A stretch of 64,000 bases of DNA, taken from NCBI GenBank assembly GCA_015680685.1, contig MNCI01002119.1, positions 62,001 through 126,000 of the forward strand. The letters run 5' to 3'. This stretch comes from Gnetum montanum. Taxonomy: Eukaryota; Plantae; Gnetophyta. A program made the translations under genes and the position numbers. Below, in pieces: positions 24,740 to 38,800 of this stretch; the stretch's first letter is position 1, and every line of letters begins with the position of its first letter. The notes under the pieces are model-generated. The model was given only the letters and a program-made list of their open reading frames with translations, searched no databases and was not told the origin of the DNA.

Positions 24740-27700
24740 GAAACACCACCAAATTCGGGCAATAGCACTTCAACGGAAAATTTTTCTAAGTGTCACCACA
24801 AGGAAACTTTTTCTAAGTGTTTGGCCCATGCTTCCACTATTGGGGCTATGCTTTGGAGCATAGCCAACGTAGCATGCAACATAGAACCAGATTTACAAAA
24901 TCTTCAAAGTGTCAAACAGTAGCTACAGAAATTTTTCTAAGTGTCTTGCTACACTTATATTCCTCCTACTACACTCTCCAGTGTAGCAAGCATAGCAGCA
25001 CTCTGATCTCTAGTCTGCACTAGTGTCAAGTGAAAAGTTGTTAACCTAGCTCAACATGGAAGAGGCATTTGGCAGAATTTCTAACTCTTGAAGCTACCCC
25101 TCCTGCTATGCTCGAGAGTGTAGCAGGCGTAGCAAGAACAAGGACTATAATTTTTGCTAGATTTTTTCTAAGTGTTCATGCTACACCTTGCCCAATCCTG
25201 CTAGGTTCTCTAGCATAGTATGTGTAGCAACATTAGACTTCAGCTTTTGTAAGAATTGCCTAATTGCTATGTTACGCTCTAGAACGTAGCAACAAGAAAT
25301 TGCCTCCAAAACCTTCGAAAGTTTAGCATAGGCCTTCATTCCAGCTCCAGCACTCCTCCAGCAAGCAAGACCAGCAACTTTCACTCTTTTTGTACCCCCC
25401 TCTATGTCCGAAAATTGTACCTATGTTCGATCCCACCCAAAAGAGGGAAGAATGCACTCCCAAAGCATAGCCTCCAAATTGCGTTATTTTTCACTGTTTG
25501 TAGGTACATTGTGGTCTTGGAAAATGCAGTTCTAGTAGTGTAGCCATGGTCTGGTAGTCCCTTAGGGTCCAGTGGACCATACTAGAGCATAGCACCAGTT
25601 GCTTCAATGGGATCATAGCAAAAGTTAGTGTAGCCCCACCTACCCCTTTACCACATGACACTCGATCTACACTTCATGCTAACCCTAAGCCTATAAATAT
25701 CCTTGCATTCCACACTCTAGGGGTTGGAAATTCATTCTAGTACTAGGCATTTGAAACATTTGGCTAGCAAAATACAGGTAGTAGTTAGCATCTTAGAGTA
25801 CCATTTGACACTGAAGCACCTTGAGCACCCCATACATTAGATCATATCAGCATCTTGACAACCCTTTGTGTTCCACTCAGCACTACAGTGCACCACAAAC
25901 CCACAGGACATTGTAGCAGCTAGCCCAGTAGGTACTAACCTCACAGTAGATGTTAGACTTCACCTCAGGACATCCTAGAGACTATGGCTATGCTGCTACT
26001 ATGCCTGATTGTACACTGCATATCTCTTCAAAGATTAATTGTAATTGCTACACTCCATGTCTAGGGTGGCATCATTCTTTCTTTCTCTAAAACTTCATCA
26101 CATTTTAAGCATTTCCTCCATTGCATTTTAAGAATTTTCTTTGACATTCAGTATTGCATTCATGTTTTTTGCTATTCTACATGTTTTCTTGCATGCTTGT
26201 ATCACCGGTCTTGTGCCAGGAAATCCTGCTATGCCCAAGCTTAGCCAAACTTGGTACTACCAAGAACACCATTAGCACTTGCATTTTCAGCTAACCACGC
26301 CACCCCCGGTTGTGCTTGATACCCTAGTTGCATTAGGTAAAGTCCCTATTTGATGGACAAGATCTTTTAGGGTTCTTTACCTCTATTTCCCAGTAGAGGC
26401 CCTTGCATAAAGGTGGGGTCAAGGCTCTGCACCTACGAACCCCTTGGCATTCTAGCTGTTGACATTTTTAGTTGCTACAATTTCTCAGCACTAGAAAGAG
26501 GGCACCCCATTTCCTTCTACATTCAGTGGTAGTCCCATGTTCTCTCTGCACCTAAGTTACTTGCTTCAAACTAGCATAGATGCGACACCCCTATGGCTAT
26601 CTATGATCCAGTTGGTTTAGATTAGTGTCAATTATTGGTTCCTTTGGAACCTCATAGGATAGAAGGTGAAGTGTATCTCTTGTACTTAGACCCAAAACTC
26701 TATGTGCTAGGCAAAGTGTAGCTTACCCTCAGGGTGAGAGTGTAGCACTAGAGTTAGGGATTTTTTAGCATTTCTATACTTAGTTATTTTTAGCAATTGT
26801 TATACTTAATTATTTCTTTGCCAGCGTTGCACCTTTTGCATTTTTTCTCATAGTAGCATGAACCCTGAAGAGCCTTCAACCTCTGCCTCAAGTGCAGTTG
26901 TTGTTTGACCTATTTAGCAAGACTTAAAAATTGACATTCCTAGAGCTAGGGGCCCCATCTTTGTGGGAAGGTAATCCCTCAAGCTTCACAACCAATCTCT
27001 CGAGCCATGGTGCTTGATAAAGACAAATACAACTTCCTTTGTGCAAACGTCCAAGTGGGAATCCCCTTAGACCTCCAAAGATGGATGCAAAGCAAGGTTA
27101 TGAACTTGTACATAGGAATGGGAGAGAGTACCTCCTTGCCCCTAATTATTTGAACCACCTCATCGAGACCTTTCGGTGGCTGCTCAACCAACTCATCCGA
27201 TTAAGTGGATCAAACGAGCACAACGTAGCAAATGACTACGAGGAGCCCTTGCAGGATGAATAAGAAGAATTTTAAGCTTATTCAAAGAATGAGATCCCTT
27301 CTATGTCTCTTTCCTGACATCTTCCTCTAATGTCATTCTTTCGCAGTCTCAGCCATCTACCTTTACTAAGGTAGCAACATCTCCCCCATCACCACCTAGG
27401 TTGATGACTATCGTAGCAAGCCATCAAGCGCATATGTATTAGGGTGCAGGATCATCTGTCACCTCGCCCTTCATGGTCTTGGCATAATATCTGCAATCCT
27501 CTATGCTAGCATCCATGATGTTGACCTATCCCTACATGCACACGATGCTGATGTCCTAGCCACATATGAGTCAGGCATTGTACATCTCACCTATCTCTAT
27601 GGTGCCCCCTATGATAGCCCAAGCCACAATCATGTGGGGGGGCCCTGCCTTCCTACCCTAGGCACAACACATGCAATAGTAGCATGCATGACATCCTCTA

Positions 27701-30700
27701 TAGCAATACACCCAACAAGCATCCTATGTGGTTACACAACCTAGAATGGGGTTGTGGAGCATGCCAATAGCACAACACGCTGCACAACCAAGGCAGCTCA
27801 CCGCACCCACACTGAGCCTGGATCAAGCATTCTAGCTCATTCAGACACTCACTAAAGAGGTTAAGTGTCTTAAGGCCACCTCTTCTAATATGGTCCAAGT
27901 GATGGACTTTTACCGGGATGATTCCATTAGTCCTATTTTCCCATCACTGACCTTACCTCCTGGAATTCAACTTCCTTAGTTCACCAAATGTAACGATGAA
28001 GGGAACCCCCATGCCCATCTAGTAACCTTTCAATCCAAGTGCCTTTTGTTGCAATTGTGGTGACATGTAATCATTTTCATGTTTGCCATGTCCCTAACCG
28101 GTCAAGTGCTAGATTGGTATGGTGTGCTCCCCAGGGCCTTCACATCTTTGTTAGAGGATTTGCTTAGTCAATTTGTCACTCGCTTTAAGTACAAATTGAA
28201 GCTTAAGGTGATCCTAGACCAACTTATGCAAGTCAAGTAGGGCCACTTAGAGCTCGTTCAAAAGTTCATCCAATGATGGAGCATTGCACTTAATGAAATC
28301 TGTGAGCCCATCATGGAAACTCATCTATTGGCCATTTTCAAAGGTGTAGTAAATGAATTCATTAATTTGAAACTATACTATCTTGCCCCATACTCCCTAA
28401 GCCAAGAATTCACTCAAACAAAGAGCATTCATGATGTGGTGGAAGCTAGTAAGGATCTAACCTACGTGGCCTACAAGAATGCACATGCAAAGAAAGACAA
28501 GGAAAAGGGAAAGGAAATAACAACCATTGTAGCAATGGCCAATGAGGCCAAGTCAAACAACGTCAAACCAATGGCCAAGGAAACCAAATCCCTAGCCAAC
28601 AACAAGGCAACTGGCTTTGGAACTGTGGTAACCAACCAATTTGCACCATTAGCAGCTACAGGACAAACTACCCCAAGGCCAAACTTTGAGTGCAAGACTG
28701 CTCAAAGTATACACTATTTCCCATCAAGTCGTTAGAACTATTGGGTCAAATGCTTAGTGTTGGGTGCATCCAATACAAGAAAATGTTTGAAGATGCTCAC
28801 AAGCATCATGATTGCTACTGCAAGCTCCTCAGAAATCCATCAAAAGCTACACTAGATAAGCCTCTGGTCCAAAAACACTTCAAGTTAGACGGGTTCTACC
28901 ATTATCATCAATTTCCTGGCCATGACATGGGCTTCTACATGGCCTTACAGGATGACATCCAATGCATGATTGACCAAGGCCAGTTGGTTCTTGATTCGAC
29001 CAACCCAATTCGCCTAGAAAATCAACCAATAAATGGCATAGGCTATGTCATCAATGCCATTAGCATTGATAACAATGTAGGATTGACATGAGAGCCATTT
29101 GTGGTTCATGTGTCCTTTGATAGCATTGGGGCCTCCTCGACACCAACCAGTCCAAGGAATCCCTTTGTTATGAAAGCACCAACTTGGGCATCCATGAAAT
29201 CCTTTGTGGTTAGGACCCCATAGCATGTTGTAGTGAATACAACCTAGACACCCTTTGTCATTAGGATGCCACAATGTGTGGACCCTTCATTGCGTCTAGT
29301 GGTGGACACTATAATAGGCCTTGCGTGCTCAAGGCCTCATCCTTAATACAACACCAGGCAGTCAAGGTGGTAGCTCAGGAGGCCAAATGAGCTCCTCATT
29401 GACCGAATGATGAGGGAATGCATGGCGTTAGGTCCACCTAAGCTCGTCCCCTTGTTTACTACTATAAGTGACCAAAAACCAAGCATTGAGGCTCATAGGT
29501 AGGCAAAAAAAAAATCCCAAATCTCCTCCCTAAGAAATTTTCCTTTTGAATCGCATGGAGGAGATGAAAGCTAACAAGACAACTGATGGCGATAAAGACT
29601 TTCTAGATGCATTGGCACAAGTCAAGCAGGATTTTAAACAAAAGAATACAACCTTGAGCCTATATGACTTGGTGATAACCTCCTCTACTCATTGTGAGGC
29701 ATTAGTTTGCATGTTGGCCTCCATTCCTATCAAAGAGGACATCCCAGTGAATGAACAAGCCATCTATGCTATGATGCTTTCTTCATCGCCTCAAGAGTCA
29801 GGTTTAACGGCTTTAGCATTTCCTGATGAGGTAATCAAGGTCGACCCTGAAAAGGGGTAGGACACCACTACATCGATGATTATAACCATCCACATAGGGC
29901 AATGCAAGATTTGTAGGGTGCATGTCGATGATGGGGTGATGACTAATGGCATACCATTCCTAGTCATTGACAAAACTGGCTTGGCTAACCAAATATAGGC
30001 CACAAAGCTGACATGCCTCAAGTTCTTTAATGGATCATGCATCATCATGAAGGGAATGATCACAATAGCCTTTGTGGTAGTGAACCAATTCCCCACTATA
30101 GCTGAATTCATTATCATCGAGGAGATGCCTAAGTTTAACTTGATTTTGGAAAGGCCTTGGCTAGCCCAATTACAGGTTGTCTCCTCCCCCATTAACCAAG
30201 AGATCCACCTTCTATATGAAGGTGGAGAAGTGATTATACATGGTGATAACTTGGTCCCTCCCACCATCAACAACATTGACACAGGCCAAGGGTTGGAGGT
30301 AGAGTTCCCTGATGACATGCCACCTATGGAGGACAAGAGTCAACCTTGTTTGGCAAACCCATCTAAAGGACCAAAAGAGGCTAATACCCTCCCTAAGGAA
30401 GCTTTATGGGTAGAATTTCCCTTTAGCATCAACAATGAAGGTATAGATGAATACTTCTTCGTGTTGCCCAGGCCCTATGCACCCCCTAACCCACATCAGG
30501 TTAGGAAGTGACTACATGACTAAGGTACTCCCTTAGTGCAACATGTGCTAGGTGCCTACTTGCCCTTAACCTTTTGCATGCCCTGTTAGCCTTTTCTTGC
30601 ATCATTACATTCCACATGGTTGCTTGTGTTTTGCATTATTTACTTTCTTATGCATTCACTTCTCTTGCTCATGCATTTTCATTTGGTCTTTTTATGCATT

Positions 30701-30773
30701 AGAAAAACATCAAAACACATAAAAATTATAAAACTAACATTGCAAAAAAAATAAAGCATGTGGCTTAAAAAGG
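24740..30773 (+). mobile_element. Tat/Ogre-like element D, 5' half: LTR ending 26479 (start uncertain), PBS, gag-protease 26858-30499, start of intron
   Basis: ...gttgctaca followed by degenerate PBS cagcactagaaagaggg; TATA at ~25692; gag F...+....WY motif, YHYHQFPGH..C-type knuckle, protease VHVDDG and FNLILERPW; homologous to copies C and F. Confidence 0.8.
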
Positions 30774-32880
30774 CGATGAGTCATGAATTTTTGGCTGTGA
30801 TATCACGTACGCGATATCATGTACGTGATATCATAGCTTGTCTCCTCATCTATAAATAAGAGGTAAGAAAATTTAGTTTTTAGTTTTTTAAAGGTTAATT
30901 TTTCAATAGTTTTTAGTACTTTAGTTTTTCCCCTCAACCCTTTTCTCCCAGTGCATGCCCACAATGTGATGATTGTAATTGTATGACATCCTTATTCGAG
31001 TGTGACGTACTTGGACACACACATGATTGACAATAAAGATCGAGATTACTTCATCATTGCAGCATCCACTTAGCTTAATTATTTATTTATTTGTTATTTT
31101 TATTTACTGCTTTCTTAGTTAATATCTATCTACCCTTATCTTCTAGTAACACAGAATGAGTACAACTTAATCACAAGCATTTAAGTGTGACTACTTGGTA
31201 ACCTAGTAGCATACCTAGGCCATGCATTTGGTTATCCCAGTGGTAGTTGTGCACGAGGTCCAAGATGTGTACAGATAATTGAGGAATAGATGCTCATCAC
31301 ACTTAGGCTAGTTTAGATTCTCTCTCACACACTCTCTCTCTCCTAGTTTAGTTATTATTTCCCATCATCCTCAGGAGTAGCATTAGTGTAGGAACATAGC
31401 ATACACCTCACTCTAGACTAAACCATACGTGACAAAGCTAATACTAGTCTAGGTGGGAAGACAACGAACTACGAGTAACTATCTAGATACCACAACTAGT
31501 CCATCTGTGGAGTTCGACCGGATCGTGCATGAAATGCTCGTATTCATATGGTTAAGTGTAGGGGTATCTCGCTGCTCATCATTGGCACTGTTTCTGGGGA
31601 TGGTGCTAGTTATCTAGATTAGTTATATCATACAAGGTCATTGTATAGGAATTAACGATATATCTTTTAGGAAGAAATAATTAAAAAAAGTCACATACAA
31701 ATTCACACACAATTTCACGATCATGTGTCTCCTACAAGACTACGATAATGCCACATCTAGTGTAGAAATTCATTGGAGAACCAACGAAATATATGACAAT
31801 GAAGATTGGAGTACGTAATCTGAGGTGGGGGTTTCTTATAAACATAAATGAACGCAACATCATTCCAATGCACAAAAGCATAATTTACTCGATGACGATG
31901 AACCCTTACTAGCCACTACAAGCCTAACACAAATACAAGAGGCTGTTCTAATCTCCCGTAGGCATTGTAAAGAGAGCTGTCTACCCAGGCTTAATTTAAA
32001 CCACTTTCCCAATTTCTCAGGAGGCTATGACGTAGATTCGCAACAACATTTACAAGCCTTCTATGATTCCTGTGCATGGAAAAACATTGACAATGGTTGA
32101 AAAAAACTCACTTGTTGGCCAAGAAAACGTATGGTATAGATCGTTAAAACCAAATTCAATTTGACGTTGGCCAACAATGGTAGAACTCTCTAACGAAAGA
32201 TATCAAACCTATGCAAGAGTGTCAGCCTTGAGGAAACAAATCCAAGAGTGGAAACAAGCATAACATGAACCCTTGGACATGGCCTTAGAAAGATATTATG
32301 CACTGTTAAAAAAGTGTCTAGGCCATGAGTTCTCCGAGGAAAGGCTAATGTACCATATCATTGATGGGCTTCATGATAAAACAAGAGAGACCCTAGGGAT
32401 GTATGCCCAAGGTCAACTATATGAACTACAAACCCATCAATTCCAAGAGCTTATTAAGCAGGTAGCAAAAGAAGAAGGAGAAATGGCTAGATGGGAGAGT
32501 GTTGAAAAACATCAATGGGACCAAAATCTCAACTTAACAGAGGTTCATAATCACAAAAAGGATAAATTAACCTATCTCAAGGAGGAAGAATCATCTTTTC
32601 CAGTACAACAATCATTAGATGAAATCGAGACAAAGATCAATAAGATGCTGGAATGGATGCATAAAAAGTGTGGGGAATATATCAATAATATTGGAGATAG
32701 AGTTTTGACAACATGAGAAGCAGGACTCAATATCATTAGATGATCGGAAAGAAGGGATGAGGAAAATAAGAGCTCAACTGCGGATCATGCGTATGAATGC
32801 AACATTTTCTTGTACGATCACCCCAAGAACCAATGCCCAGTATTGTTACATTTTATCACAAGACTGTTACATTGGTTCTT
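30774..32880 (+). mobile_element. Athila-like element B, 5' part: LTR 30774-31581, PBS 31583-31600, gag ~31723-32870; inserted in the intron of D
   Basis: LTR homologous to 4577-5400. PBS tggcactgtttctgggga is a deaminated form of TGGCGCCGTTGCCGGGGA (tRNA-Asp). gag FPNFSGG...QQHLQAF motif plus ORF 32273-32716. Confidence 0.85.
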
Positions 32881-32889
32881 GAGAACATT

Positions 32890-33983
32890 TTCTTTTATCA
32901 CATTAGTTGTAGCAAAGCACAAATGATCATTAATCAAGTCCACAAGGGATTGTGTGAAGGTCACATAGCACCCAGGGCAATGGTAGCAAAAATCAAATGC
33001 TTAGGTTACTATTGGCCTTACATGAAGCGAGATTATGTTTCCAAGGTCAAAACCTATGACATGTGTCATCAAAATGGAAATTTAATGCACATGCCACCCA
33101 CTAAACTACATACCACATAGATCATGTGGTCATTCCAATGTTGGGGGTTGGACATCATAGGACCTATCATGCCTAGGTCTTCTGTAGGACATAGCTTCAT
33201 CATAACCACAATCGAATACTTTACCAAATGGGTTGAAGCCATTCCCCTTAGGAAGATGACATCCCAATAGGTTTTCAAATTTATTCTTGATAATATAGTG
33301 ACCCAATTTAGTCTACCCATGACTATAGTCATGGCCAATTGGCCATAATTTAGTTTTGTAGAAACAAAAGCCTTCTGTGAACAACTTGGCATCAAACATT
33401 CCTTTTCATCACATACTACCCATAGGAGAATGGCCAAGTGGAGGCTATAAACAAAGTTACTATCAACTTTCTAAAGAAGATGCTTAGCTATAGCAAACAA
33501 TGATGGCATGAATAGCTAGTCTATGTGCTATGGTCCTACCACACAACATGTAGAATAGCAACTAGTAAAATGCCATATAGCCTTGTGTATGGATCTCAAG
33601 CAATGTTGCCTCTTGAATTGAAGGTCCCATTACTTTGTATGATCCTCTTAAGCTTCATTGATGATGTTTAGAACAACAGGTTGAGAAACATTGACCTCAT
33701 CTCTATAAAGGAGGAGTGCATGCAAACACTTGATCAAATCAAGTGGTACCAAGAAAAGCAATGGCAAAAATATCATCATAATTAGCATCAACGCCTGATC
33801 AAGAAAGGGGGCTTGGTCCTCAAAGTCATTCACAAACCCATGAACAAATTCTCAACTAATTGGGAAGGGCCTTTCTTGGTCATAAAGGCCTATGAAAATG
33901 GAGCATTCAAGCTTGCTAATCTAGATGGAAATGACTTTGCTAACCTAATCAACCATTCATACCTTAAGCCTTATTATGCTTAA
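32890..33983 (+). pseudogene. Tat/Ogre integrase remnant, probably the 3' half of element D
   Basis: VHKGLCEGH...GYYWPYM zinc-finger region, WGLDIIGP, YFTKWVEAIP, NGQVEAINK, NWEGPF, ending LKPYYA*. Several stops. Confidence 0.9.
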
Positions 33984-34009
33984 CATGTGGCATTGACAAA
34001 GCAAGGTAA

Positions 34010-34260
34010 GAAAACATCTGCTATGACATTATACTAGCACAAAACTTCTGTTGTGATGTTAAACTAGCACAGAATGTCCTTAGGCTATGACATTAAACTA
34101 GCCATTCACCATCCACTACAACATTAAACTAGCATACAATAGTCTACTTGGATTATAAACTAGCACATTACGGTCTACTAGGATCTTAAATTGGGTTCAT
34201 GATTTGCTAGAACCTTAAACTAGCATGGCATGTAGTCTATCAAGACCATAAATTGTGTTG
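34010..34260 (+). repeat. Degenerate ~30-bp tandem array with core ctatgacattaaactagca
   Basis: About 8 copies; equivalent arrays at 39590-39810 (+) and 49780-50080 (-). Confidence 0.8.
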
Positions 34261-34499
34261 ATATTTTAGGACCCATAATCCAACACACATAGTTTTGTGA
34301 AAAATCAAGTGCAAATACTTCTAACCCTCTGTTTCCTGCCCAAAACTCTTGGGTAGGGTGTGATGGGACATTGTAGTTGCAGAATGAAGTTCACATTATT
34401 AAGGAAAAGACCTATGGAACATTTTTGGAACACTAAAAAATTTTAGTTCTCGACATCACAATTGCAAATACAGCTAAGTGTTACGCACTGTTATGTGCT

Positions 34500-34690
34500 A
34501 CTATTAGATAGCATAGCGTAGCACCTTGCTACCACCTTGCTACTACATAGCGTAGCAACTTCCTACTATGAAGCGTAGCACCTTGCTACTGCGTACCATA
34601 GAACCTTGCTGCTACCTTGCTATTGCGTAGCGTAGCAACTTGCTATTGCATAGTGTAGCACCTTGCTACTGCGTAGCATAGCACCTTGTT
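34500..34690 (+). repeat. LTR-internal VNTR, ~23-bp unit cttgctactgcgtagcatagcac
   Basis: Present in both LTRs of C; longer in the 3' LTR (40960-41225). Confidence 0.85.
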
Positions 34691-35504
34691 ACACGCTGTT
34701 ACGTTGTGCTACATGCTTTTACATGCTATTACATGTTGCCACCCACCGCATTGCCATGTGGTGCCAAATCCACATTTTGGGTTAACCCTAGCCCTATAAA
34801 TACCTCTACATCCTCTTTAAAAAAGGAGAGAAGGAAAAAGGGGGGGAAGGCTCAATTTCTTCATTGGAAAAAAGAAGTTGGCATTTTAATTTTGGCACTT
34901 AGCTTCATGGGCGAACGAGACCTAGAGTACACCACACAGATAGAGAGGCACAACTACATCACATGGTATACTATGACCACTAATCCAAGAGGCACAGTTT
35001 ATCACAATGAGCACCAGATTTCATAGCCTAACATCATTGAGGCTGTGATTTTGCTCCTACTATGCCTATTGTACACTTTGTATACCTGTACCCCTTTTTC
35101 CAAGGCGGTGCATCTTTCTATTCAAACTCTCTTTTTGGCTGATTACAGCATTTATTTGGCATTGTTAAGCATTAAATCATGTTCATTGTCCCATTACACA
35201 CTTTAGCACATTTTTATTGCTATGCACATTACACTTTCTTTTATTGTTTGCAAAAGGGTTATTGTACACTGATCGACCAGACCATTCAGGGCACCCTGAA
35301 TCCATTTTATTCAGCATGGTCCTCGCGCAGATTCGTGGTTAGGATATGTGCTTGAAAACCTCTCGGTGTTTCCAACCACCAACGTTTTCTATCATTACAG
35401 TTTTTAGCGCTAGAAGGAGGGCTTTTTTTCTACATTTTCACACTTGGCTATTTTTCTGCATTTTCATACTTCGCATTTTTTCTGCTTCTTTACACTTAGC
35501 CATT

Positions 35505-35802
35505 GTTTCCTACTACCGGCATATTTAGTCATTTTTCTGCTTTTTCCTGCTACCGACAGATTTAATCATTTTTTTGCTACTTTCCTGCTACTGGCAAATT
35601 TAATCATTTTTCTGTTTTTTTCCTACTACCACCAGATTTAATCATTTTTTTGCTGTTTTCCTGCTACCGGTAGATTTAGTCATTTTTTTGCTATTTTCTT
35701 GCTACCAGAAAATTTAATCATTTCTCTATTGGTTTCCTGCTACTGGAAGATTTAATCATTTCTCTGCTATTTTCCTACTACTGATAGATCTAGTCATTTT
35801 TT
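35505..35802 (+). repeat. ~38-bp tandem repeat (about 8 copies) in the leader of C
   Basis: Unit ttcctgctaccggcagatttaatcatttttctgct. Confidence 0.9.
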
Positions 35803-38800
35803 AGCAAACAACAACTCTCACAACTTGATTTGTGAACATGAATCCAGATCAACCCTCCACGTTGGTGTCTAACACATTTGATACCACAATCCAGCCAAAG
35901 CATGCCGCGTTAAGCGATAAATAATACAATTTTCTTTTTGCCAAAATCCAAGTAGGACTACCAATGGATTACCTCGATTTAGAGGCAAAATAGGACTACG
36001 AACGAGTCCACTGAAATGGAGAAGAGTACAACCCCTCCTTGTTTGACATAATCCCACTCACGGAGTCCTACCACCAGTTATTATCCCAACTCATCCATGC
36101 AAACAAGCATGATGCAAGGACAACCTATGAGGAAGCCTCACATAATGAGGAAGATGATTTTGAGGCTTGTTCTAAACAAAAGAGCCACCTCCACACCATC
36201 TTCCAACAACCACTCCCTAGTACAGCCCCTCCTCGGTTTGGTCCATCCATCCCCTCCAAGATAGTGACCATGCCAATTTAGCCTTCCTCACAAGCAACTA
36301 ATGCACTTTCCCAAAACTATGCTCATGCAGGGGCCACCTCCCAACCCCAAATAACTTTAGCATCCTACATCCCACCTATCTCATTGGTGTATGTGGTGTC
36401 CATCCAACCCACCCATGTGTGGCCCACTCCAATCACCGCACCCATCACTCAGCCATTACATCAGCAATCGTCTGCTATGACGTTAAACTAGCAACATCTG
36501 TTCGCTACAACGTTAAACTGGAAAACTTCACAATTAACCCAAGCCCAGCCAATGCAACCAGCTGGCACTTCCCCAAGCTTGGATCAGGCATTCTAGCTAA
36601 TACAAAGCTTGATGATGGAGATCAACGGACTTAAGGCTACCTCCTCTGACACCATTAAGGTAGTGGAATTCTACCATGATGATCCCATAAGTCCTACGGT
36701 ACCACCTCTAACTCTCCCAAATGGGGCCCAACTGCCTCAACTTACCAAGTACAACGGTGAAGGGGACCCCAATGCACACTTGGTCACATTTTGATCTGAA
36801 TGCCTACTCCTTCAAGCTTGGCCACACACTATCATGCACATGTTCCCGATGTCACTCACTGGCAAGGCCTTAGACTGGTATCATGCACTACCCAAGGCCT
36901 CAATCTCCTCTTTGGATGATCTCATAACCAAGTTTGTGACATGATTCAGGTACAACCTAAAGCCTAAATCAACCCTTGACTAGCTGATGCAAGTTAAACA
37001 GGGGCCTTTAGAGCCCATGCCAAAATTCCTCCAATGTTGGAATGCTACATTGAGTGAAATGCATGAACCTCTAGTAGAGGCACATCTACTAGAAATCTTT
37101 AAAGATGCAGTAAATGATTTCATCAAGTCCAAATTGTATTATCTAGCCCCAAAGTCTCTTAGCCAAGCCTTTGCCCAAGCAAAAGGCATAGAGGATGCAG
37201 CACAAGCTAGCAATGATCCAGCCTATGTGGCCTACAGAAATCAAGATGCTTGCAAGCATGTAGCCACAAGCATGTAGCCCCAAGCCCCAACTAACAAAAT
37301 CACCAATTCTAGCATTAACTCACCTACATTGATAGGGGCTACCCCAAGATCCAACTTTTAGTGCAAGGATCGCTCAAAGTATACAGCACTGTCGTTGCAA
37401 CCCTATGAACTACTAGAGCAACTCTTGAAAGCTGGGAAAATCCAACACAAACATGTATCAACAATTACCCACCAAAGACATGATAGGTACTATGAACTAT
37501 TAAGGAACCCTACTTTAGTAGTGCCAAATGAGCCCCCGGTTCCACAACACTTCAAGCTAGACCAATACTATCATTACCACCAATTGGCTTATCACAGTAC
37601 AGACAACTATTGTGCTTTGCAGGATGACCTGCAAAGAATGATAGAACATGGCCAACTGGTGATTAACACGGTGAGTCAATCCAATATAGATGATGCCTCC
37701 TATGTCATAAATTCCATTAGCATAGGTGGTAAGTCTAAACCTATGCAACAACCTTCTATGATCCATGTGCCTCCCAGCAAGGCAATGGTCCCCTTCACCT
37801 CCACAAGCAAGAGGCCTCCCTTTGTTATCAAAGTGCCACCTCGAGCACCCACAACACCCTTTGTGGTCAAAGCTCCACATCAATTGTTCGCTAAGACATT
37901 AAACTGGCATGATGCAACAACAACCACTAAGCAACCTTTTGTTATCAAGGTGCCAAAACGAGTTGGTCACACAACAACTCCTAAGCCACCCTTTATCATA
38001 AGGGTGCCACAATGTGTTGGCCCCTCACCTACTCGAAGCCCAATAGTGGGCAACATCTCGATCCCTCCTTCTTGAAGGGTTGACCCCACTAGCAACCCAG
38101 GTAGGCCCACCAAATGGCAACACAAGAGGGAAAATGAGCACCTCGCAACCCCCATGGCTGAAGCAAAGACCACAACCAGAAAAAAATATTTTAACATTGG
38201 GATCCCTACCCCCCTTCCAAGAGATCTATCTCTCAAGCCACATGGAGAAAATCAAGGCGAACACAACATCTAATGACAAGGACTTTACAACTGTGCTAAC
38301 CTAGGTGAAACAAACGCTCAAACAAAAGAACACAACATTGAGCTTGTACGACCTGGTCATGACTTCATCTACTCACTACCAAGCATTGGCCCAAATCTTG
38401 GCCTCCATTCCTGTTATGAAGGACATCCCTGTAGATTAGGCATCCATATGTGCAATGATGTCCTCCCCTACACTGCAAGAATTGGGTTCAACATCTCTAT
38501 CTTTTCGTGATGATGCAATCAAATTCAATCCTGAATGAGGGGAAGTTACTACAGCTCCTCTATCAATTAGCGTACATGTTGGGTAGTGCACAATCCATAG
38601 AGCACATGTCAATGATGGTGTAGCAACAAACATAGTCTTGTACTTCATCATCGACAAGCTAGGCCTGGCAGATGAAATCAGGCCAACCAAAACCACATGT
38701 CTAAAATCCTTCAATGGATCATGTGTCATAGTTAAGGATACCATCAACTTAGCCTTTGTGGTAGGAGAGAAATTTCCCACTAGCACAGATTTCATTATCA

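Noticed and set aside
24750-25540. Possible CACTA end (tctagtagtg at 25540) with ttttctaagtgt subterminal repeats
   Set aside because: No matching opposite terminus, TSD or transposase. The sequence runs on into the LTR of D, so it is more likely U3.
34010-34260. CRISPR-like look of the core-plus-spacer arrays
   Set aside because: Plant retrotransposon context, degenerate repeats, ~10-nt spacers and no cas genes.
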